Below, one piece after another: positions 13,321 to 20,653 of a DNA stretch of 20,653 nucleotides (position 1 is the stretch's first letter; each line of letters starts with the position of its first letter). Made by a program: the position numbers and the translations under genes. The notes beneath the pieces were generated by a model. It ran no database searches. It was not told the origin of the DNA and saw only the letters and a list, made by a program, of their open reading frames with translations. This DNA comes from Ginkgo biloba (taxonomy: Eukaryota; Plantae; Ginkgophyta), in assembly GCA_024626585.2 (NCBI GenBank), contig JANKJI020000002.1:24384562-24405214 (forward strand). The letters are read 5' to 3'.

Positions 13321-16300
13321 AGCTCTTTATGTTGATTCTAATTCTCTAAAAGTGAAAATGTTGTACTATGTTTGAGAAGTTAAAAACTATGNNNNNNNNN
13401 NNNNNNNNNNNNNTCCTTGTACTATGTCTAACCATAATTATGGAATGTTACTTATGAATCATAATCTATAGATTTGAATTCAGGCAAGAAGTTTACAAGT
13501 TGATTTACCTCATTTGATGGAATTTAGTGGATACTAAGGCAATGCCTTTTATAGTGTTAATAGGGCGCCCCTAAACCAAACCAAACAAGATGCCAAAAGA
13601 GGTTATTTGCAAAGACAAAGGAGCCATTCNNNNNNNNNNNNNNNNNNNNNNNNNNNNNNNNNNNNNNNNNNNNNNNNNNNNNNNNNNNNNNNNNNNNNNN
13701 NNNNNNNNNNNNNNNNNNNNNNNNNNNNNNNNNNNNNNNNNNNNNNNNNNNNNNNNNNNNNNNNNNNNNNNNNNNNNNNNNNNNNNNNNNNNNNNNNNNN
13801 NNNNNNNNNNNNNNNNNNNNNNNNNNNNNNNNNNNNNNNNNNNNNNNNNNNNNNNNNNNNNNNNNNNNNNNNNNNNNNNNNNNNNNNNNNNNNNNNNNNN
13901 NNNNNNNNNNNNNNNNNNNNNNNNNNNNNNNNNNNNNNNNTATTTTTTGAGGACTCTTGGCCTTAGTGCTATTTTTCTAATGATTTAGTCTGATAGTGTG
14001 CCCAAGGGTTATATTTAGTATACCTATATATGGATTGAGGCTATTGATATTTTTAATGTGTTCTAACTATACCTTGATTTTTATTATAGACTCTATGTAA
14101 TTCTATCTCTCTAATTAAAATAAATTTATGATAATAAAAAGCTTAACCTAGGTGTAAACTCTTTAATGTATTAAGGTGTTACTTCATAACGATAAAAAGT
14201 TTCATTCTCTACTCCTATTGCAAACCTTTTTGTCATGGAATGATTTTCCATCTGATTACATGGAAATGCACAAATGTTGAAACAAGATTACTGAGAATAT
14301 GAGTTGTATAGTTTGGTTTAGTACATTGCCTTGTTTGTGATGGTTATTTTTAAATATTTAATAAATTTAGTTTCAATAATAAAATATTAATTAAAATAGA
14401 ATATACATGTAACACCTACATAACCAAAGGTAGTGATGAATTAGGCTCTATGGGAGCAAGTTCTAAGTTTAAGTGGGGAGAATATCTTTAAATATATGTA
14501 AGGACATTTTTAATTACTGGCAGATTTATTTTATGAGGGCATTAATATGGGATGACAAAGTCGTTAAGAATTTTCCTCCACATAAAAAATTAGCCACATA
14601 TCAACATTGGGTCTTTGCTTCTCATAGATCCCCGCAAGTATATACATAGGTTTCAAACTTGTGCCTGGCATCAATAGAACGCAAGTGACTTGTCATTCAA
14701 GACTATAATTGATTTATTGATTTACACTAGAGGTAAAGGAAATATTAAAGGGAATTAAGTTCACCCTAATAAATGGGAGACATCAATTACTTGTAAATGA
14801 AACATGGAGTACTTACTCTATGAAACTTGAACCTTTCACCTCTAACTCTCAAAATAAAAAGAGTGTAGATTCTACTCAAAAGATAGATGCAAAGTGTGCT
14901 TGCTATAATTAATTACATATATATGTGCATGTGACTCTGTGCATANNNNNNNNNNNNNNNNNNNNNNNNNNNNNNNNNNNNNNNNNNNNNNNNNNNNNNN
15001 NNNNNNNNNNNNNNNNNNNNNNNNNNNNNNNNNNNNNNNNNNNNNTTGCTAATATAATTATATATTAATTTACAAGTATGTATTAATATGCCAATCATTT
15101 ACAAATATTAATAAATAAAATACATATAAAAATAGTTATAAACCAGCTTGCCATATATATGCCAATATGTTAATCAATTAATTATATTAAACAATGGAGA
15201 ATACTTGGTCCATTTTAATGCCCAATATGTGAAGACACATTGAAGTAAAAACTTTAAGAAGTGCTCAAAAGCCAAAATAACTCTTCTCAACCCCACCTCT
15301 TATTACATACAAGAACCCATGGATACAAATCCAAAGGTTGGAACATTGAAAGATCGGACACATTTGGGGAATCTCCTATTCTAAATTTTCTAAGCTCAAT
15401 TACGCTGCTAAAGATGCTATGTGCTATAGCACTTTTAATAATCCTAAGTGTCAGGCCAACATGAAAGCCATGCACTCGCAGTCATTTAGAGGCACTCATG
15501 GTTGCCACTGCTGTATAAGTGCACAAGGGACCAGGAAGGTCACATCCCTACTTTGGTCAAGATTCCGTTTCCATGTGCGAGAGGTTGACTTGTGGTGGAT
15601 GGAGTTCAGCCATGGTGACCACAGCAACAACTGTACCACTTTTTGCTTTTCTAATATTAGCATTTGATTTACTAAACAGGGGTTATCCTTGAAGCNNNNN
15701 NNNNNTGAGGAAAGGTCTCATATGATCTGGTGGCACCTGCATGGTGACCACTAACCAGTTTGTTTAAGAGTGTTTTAAGTTTGGCTCCCTGCATGGCATC
15801 CAAGCTGGTCAAGCTAAAATAAATGGCTTCTTTGCAGCCAACGATTGGTCCGGAAAGACTACCATATGCTTGTGCTTAGGGTGTTCAGAATTGCCATGTC
15901 AACACTCTTATATTGGGATAGGCATGATTGACTTGGNNNNNNNNNNNNNNNNNNNNNNNNNNNNNNNNNNNCGGATCACGACCATTTTGGATTTTTCTTA
16001 TCGTATGACTGCATGCAATTATTTTTTTTGTTTCATGATTGATGGAAACATCCTTACAAAGGTAAAATATATCATGCTGGGGGCAATAAAGGCATGGCTT
16101 CAAAGCGATATGCATTACAGAGCAACAAAATAACTTCCCGTGCCATCCAAAGATAGCCTTCCGGATACTACTGGGTTTTAGCACCAACTCTCCAAAGCAA
16201 GTTGAACAATACTGCCCATTCAAGTTTGTCTCCAAATCCTATCTTTGACCAGACAAATTCCACATAGAGAAACTGGTTGTAAGGTCCCTCTACAATAAGT

Positions 16301-16766
16301 GCACAAATGTGCTTATGTCCACAATTATAAATCAAACCTAATGAGAAGCTAACACTTGCTGATCAACACAATCCCCAATTGCTTGACAAATATATGGTTT
16401 AACTATTGAGGAACATAACATGGATGACACATATGCTGGACTTAATTTGGTATACAAATATTTTCCTACTAAACAAAAATGTGTTTAATGTTAAATACAA
16501 AACATAGGACTTCATAGAAAAAATACAAGTGAAAATCCTTCAAAAACAAATCGTAGGATGAATGCCAAAATGCATAGAAAATGAGTCTCATGTATCAGAG
16601 ACCATGAAACAGGTTACAATGCAGAAAAGCCTCACATAGGAATGTTTAAGATAAGTAAATAGGCCANNNNNNNNNNNNNNNNNNNNNNNNNNNNNNNNNN
16701 NNNNNNNNNNNNNNNNNNNNNNNNNNNNNNNNNNNNNNNNNNNNNNNNNNNNNNNNNNNNNNNNNN

Positions 16767-16889
16767 ATCAATGGAAAAAGTCTTGTGCCTTCACTGCTTT
16801 ATCCATGTGCTGGGTTGTAGCACCAACTCTCCAAAGCAAGTTGAACAATCAATGGAAAAATTCTTATGCCTTCATTGCTTTATCCATGT
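16767..16889. repeat. 42-bp direct repeat (16767-16808 / 16848-16889) enclosing a 40-bp copy of 16171-16210
   Basis: The flanking repeats match at 39/42. The segment 16810-16849 matches 16171-16210 at 39/40. Confidence 0.9.
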
Positions 16890-18273
16890 AGTTGCTATTA
16901 AAAAAACACATGAAATTAAGAAAAGAGAGCATGCGAATATTTAGTCCAAACATACCTGCCAAATATTAAAGGTAGCACATGNNNNNNNNNNNNNNNNNNN
17001 NNNNNNNNNCTTTCACGTCTTTTGATTAAACCCAAACCCAGCAGCTTCTCTTGGTGGATATTGGCTGGCCCATCAGCAATTTATTCATTTTGTATTTCCT
17101 GCACTAATGTCTTCTTGCTTTTAATATTTAGTTTCTCTTGGTATCAACTCGTGCAACATTTGTGTCATTTGGTTTCAGTCTGTGCTTGTCTCAAATTAAA
17201 CTGTATTGCTGTCTGTAATGTCAATTGCACAATGCACATGTATAAGGTTCAATCATACAAGGAGTCAGGGTCTTGATTCTAATCATATTTCAACAGAGCA
17301 ATTACTGTTCTCTAGGTTATGCCAACCAATTAGTTAATATTTGTACACAAAACATTGGACTTGTCACTAAAGGAATTCAACATTTTAGTGATGCAGTTCA
17401 TACTCAATGTATGCTAAATCGCTGATGAAATCTACCATGTAGAAACAGAATGTCTGCTTTAAGCACATCCATGTAGGTTTTAGGGCAATATAGTTTGAAG
17501 ATTGAAGACATTAACTTTTCGGTGACCATCAATCTTAGAGCTGTTATTAAAATGCCTAATACAGTCCAATACCTTTTAAATGAGGATGTCACCGCCTGCT
17601 ACAGAAATATCATACAATCTTTGTGCCCAAATCCTCATTTACATCTTGGTGAAAATCATTAACGGTCTCAATACTAGGGATACGGAGGGGAAGCATTGCC
17701 TCACTACTAGAGATACCAAGTGATGGAAAATTGATTAAAAAAATTTTGAGATGATAAAGGCCCCTGTTCTGCAAGTGGGTACATCAACCTGGCATGCTGG
17801 GGTTCTATACAAAAAGATATGACTACATACACATGAAACAATTTATCTCGTGGGAGGTAGCAAACCAGCTTACCACCAGACCAAACTCCTCTGGCTAGAG
17901 CATTTCTGAAGTTACTTGAACCTCTTCCACTAATAAAGAACAGTCTAATTGAACCTTCACCACTAACAGAGGACACCCGAATTGGAAATATAGATGGGCT
18001 TTATTGTGTATGCTTGCAACAATACTGCAAATTCAAGAACCATAATACATCCTATCAAAAGTTCATTGGATAAATTCTGCTGCTAGGTATACAAAAATCA
18101 ATCCCACAGTGAGCAGTGCCATGCAGAGAAGGTAATGCCAAAAGATGCAAGGCAAAAGGATCTTACTCTCCACCTTCCCTACCGTATACTTCAGCAGGAC
18201 AATATGAACAATGGAAGCATTATGCAGAAAATGGAATCCAAATGCAACCTTCCAGTCTGATTTCTGTATAATG

Positions 18274-18366
18274 TCATTTTGTAGTTTTCTCTGAAGACTG
18301 GACGTGCTCCTGTTGCAGGAATGGTGGCACTCCCCTTTTCATGCGTAAACCATCACAGCTTGAACA
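18274..18366 (-). CDS. Coding exon 5 (fourth CxxC repeat and stop)
   Basis: Acceptor ttatgcag|TGT at 18367. 93 nt = CSSCDGLRMKRGVPPFLQQEHVQSSEKTTK then TGA (18276-18274). It completes the fourth zinc-finger motif in phase 0. Confidence 0.88.
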   Translation of the reverse strand, partial: CSSCDGLRMKRGVPPFLQQEHVQSSEKTTK

Positions 18367-19927
18367 CTGCATAATCAATACTTATGTCAGTTTACAAAAA
18401 TCGTAAAATCTTTATTTGGTATAATAAATTCAGGTGTTCAAAATGAGAAAACAATAAATCTGGGAAAGCAAGAATGATGCACACAAAAGAACAGGGCAGT
18501 TTATCTTTAAAGGTACCTTCTCCGTGCAGGAACCAAAACACAAGGGACATGGAATAACGTTCATAAACTCATCTTCCCATTCTATAATTCCCCTGCCTTC
18601 ACATAAGTTACACCTCTCCACACCATATCCAGAGCATTTCATACATTTCTCCTGCAGCATGACCTAGTCAGTTCTGTGATAAGTAATCAATACATNNNNN
18701 NNNNNGAACTGTCCTGCTCTGGTTTCCTAGAACTCTGGGATCCATTAAACAAGGATACATCCATAAGCCAGTGATTAAGTTGTGTGTAAACTTTATTAGG
18801 AGGGTCTAGAACTCAATTGAAAGTATTAATCTTCCATAAGGCCTTGCAGATTTATATGACTATTTTGTTTTCTAGAATCTTCTCTGATCCAAATCACATT
18901 AGATAGTATTAAACCAAAAGGACACGACAAGGCTGCCAATGTGAATACCTGGGAAGCATGAATTCGAAGAAAATATGCTGCTTTTTTAGCAGCAGTGGTG
19001 ACTCCCAGTAGTGCAAAGGCCAATGCCATGTAAAATCTAGCTCCTCCTGCAAAACCAAACAANNNNNNNNNNNNNNNNNNNNNNNNNNNNNNNNNNNNNN
19101 NNNNNNNNNNNNNNNNNNNNNNNNNNNNNNNNNNNNNNNNNNNNNNNNNNNNNNNNNNNNNNTAGGACAGCCACAAAAACAAGAGATAGTGGCACAAAAC
19201 AACCCCATTAATTACCAGAGCTTATACATATCTCCAGTACACACGTGGCAATTATACACAATGTCAAGAAACACCAATATAGTTGATACTGATACCTGGC
19301 AACTTTCTTGCTGCGGCATCAGGAGGACCTATTGCTTCCATTGTGTATCCACTATTGATCTGTCTTAATGAAGAGTCAAAACTTTGTGATAAAGTCATCG
19401 GGGGATTCCGAGCTCTATAACTTCTCCTGGCATTCCTACCTGTCAAAAACCCTAGCAGGTCAGTCTGGAAAACCCTGGGCATTATTAGTGATAATCTTTA
19501 AACGTAATGGGTTTGAGAGAATGAATAACCTTGAAAATTATCCCCAAAAATAGTCCGATTATCTACAGTTTCCATGGAATTTTCTTCTGGCAAAGAACTG
19601 GGAGTGCTTCCCGTCGACTGGAGAGAATTGGGGGATTCATTATCAAAAGTGATTTTTGACGAGCGAGATTCATCACTACTAAGACTAGGAAGTGTCCATG
19701 AGTACAACAAACCATCTGCAAGAGATGAGCTTCTAANNNNNNNNNNGATCTGCACGTTCCCTCAAATGGGTTAATGGCAAATATCCGTGTTTACTTCTCA
19801 GACAACAATCGATTCCACGTCCGTACCTCTGTATATTATATATGGTACTGCCAGAGTATCTGAGTAAACCAGAGTTAAGAACTCTGTGACAGGGAAACGC
19901 CGGCAGCATATCAATGGAAACTGCCAT
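18274..19927 (-). CDS. Five-exon gene for a DnaJ-like cysteine-rich zinc-finger protein (no J-domain), single TM helix, probably plastid-targeted; ~285 aa
   Basis: Manual splice of exons 19927-19530, 19439-19296, 19046-18949, 18651-18517 and 18366-18274. All introns are GT..AG with matching phases (1,1,0,0). Coding length is 858 nt if the 10-N gap at 19737-19746 has a true length of 0 (any multiple of 3 keeps frame). C-terminus: FYMALAFALLGVTTAA (hydrophobic), KKAAYFLRIHASQEK, CMKCSGYG-VER-CNLCEGRG-IIEWEDEFMNVIP-CPLCFGSC-TEK-CSSCDGLR, MKRGVPPFLQQEHVQSSEKTTK*. Confidence 0.85.
18517..18651 (-). CDS. Coding exon 4 (three CxxC zinc-finger repeats)
   Basis: Acceptor atgctgcag|GAG at 18652 and donor GAAG|GTACCT at 18517/18516. 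135 nt = EKCMKCSGYGVERCNLCEGRGIIEWEDEFMNVIPCPLCFGSCTEK. Confidence 0.9.
18949..19046 (-). CDS. Coding exon 3 (transmembrane helix exon, GARFYMALAFALLGVTTAAKKAAYFLRIHASQ)
   Basis: Acceptor tttggttttgcag|GA at 19047 and donor CCAG|GTATTC at 18949/18948. 98 nt, phase 1 to 0. Confidence 0.85.
19296..19439 (-). CDS. Coding exon 2 (GRNARRSY...AAARKLPG)
   Basis: Acceptor tttttgacag|GT at 19440 with a CTGAC branch-like motif about 20 nt upstream. Donor CCAG|GTATCA at 19296/19295. 144 nt, phase 1 on both sides. Confidence 0.75.
19530..19927 (-). CDS. Coding exon 1 (N-terminus with possible transit peptide, then Ser-rich low-complexity region)
   Basis: ORFs 19733..19927 and 19498..19755 join in frame if the 10 Ns are removed (...GCA GAT C|TT AGA AGC = ADLRS). 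Donor CAAG|GTTATT at 19530/19529. The start could instead be the ATG at 19909. Confidence 0.65.
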
Positions 19928-20220
19928 AATTTGCTTGATTAGAGATTGCTTCTGAAATCAGAGAGATGCCCAACAAGACACATACCTCGTTCCTCTCGGA
20001 CAAATGGAAGATCATTCAGATAGCTTTAAAAGCTATGATTTTATCAGCATACGATGACAAAGAATGGAATTCAGACTTTGCCTTGTCCACAAAGCATTCC
20101 ATAAAATCTGACCCTGCTGCAGACGTGGAAGATTGCAGGCCATAGGCAGGGATAATAGAAATTCTGTGGCACTGCCGAGCCGTCCTGGGAATTTGTTTCC
20201 GGAAGGCTTGGATAAGCGCT

Positions 20221-20230
20221 TGGGGCCCAT
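20221..20230. promoter_or_regulatory. Site II-like element (TGGGCC/GGCCCA; TCP-binding type) in the likely proximal promoter of the zinc-finger gene
   Basis: TGGGGCCCAT lies about 300 bp upstream of the ATG, in a stretch where CpGs are retained (19.6-20.3 kb), unlike the TE region. Single short motif; TSS unknown. Confidence 0.3.
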
Positions 20231-20653
20231 GTTTATGATGCGGCCAAGACTTTTTTAAAATATGTAATGGATGACCTTAGATAGAGTTTGATTTCATGGT
20301 TTTTCCAACATATTCCGGTCAAACTAACTCCTTATGGGATGAATGAATGGATAAACGTAAATTGAGGATTGAGACTATCTACCCATAAAGAAGGCACCAT
20401 GCTATGTTATTCAAAGCACAAAAAATTTCTCCATGAATTTATGCCCCTCTAAGGTTAGATTTTTATAGTCACCTTTGCCCTGTATCTTCAATTTGGTTGA
20501 TAATTTTGGTATAATGATTGTCCTTTAGTATATTTTAGAATGAAAAACCAAACATTGAATTATGTGTAATGAGGCTTTTTCTTCATACATGCATTTTTAT
20601 TACTATTATCGCCATGGGTTCAAATTTTGATGAGTTGAGTCATAATTCCTTAT

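Noticed and set aside
14420-14890. Degenerate tRNA/SINE B-box-like motifs (e.g. GGTTCAAG on the minus strand near 14830)
   Set aside because: No A-box at proper spacing, cloverleaf, tail or TSD could be supported.
362-15098. ORFs containing long X runs
   Set aside because: Artefacts of translating through N gaps.
15261-17976. Short ORFs (15261-15464, 15419-15667, 15885-16235, 17022-17276, 17404-17592, 17707-17976)
   Set aside because: No recognisable domains and no phase-compatible exon chain. Lengths are compatible with chance.
19368-19774. Plus-strand ORFs 19368-19553 and 19574-19774
   Set aside because: Antisense shadows of the minus-strand coding exons.

Overview
Eukaryotic land-plant genomic DNA from a gappy draft assembly with many 100-N and 10-N placeholder gaps. 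A gymnosperm is inferred from the retroelement sequence style but not proven. About 1-14.5 kb is AT-rich, CpG-poor, heavily decayed transposon DNA. It contains a minus-strand Ty3/gypsy pol remnant (PR-RT-RNaseH-INT, ~1.9-4.8 kb), a plus-strand gypsy RT/RNaseH fragment (~11.4-11.9 kb), weaker LINE ORF1 and hAT remnants, and a diverged ~400-bp direct repeat. The right end holds one intact-looking minus-strand gene with five coding exons (19927-19530, 19439-19296, 19046-18949, 18651-18517, 18366-18274), all GT-AG introns with compatible phases. It encodes a ~285-aa protein with a possible plastid transit peptide, a Ser-rich linker, one hydrophobic helix and a C-terminal DnaJ-type (CxxCxGxG x4) zinc finger without a J-domain. 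Between 15.2 and 18.2 kb lies unique-looking non-coding sequence with strong minus-strand splice signals, a locally templated duplication and a miR160-like 21-mer. I found no convincing novel multi-gene system. The best leads are the uncharacterised zinc-finger membrane protein and its possibly spliced UTRs or a neighbouring lncRNA.
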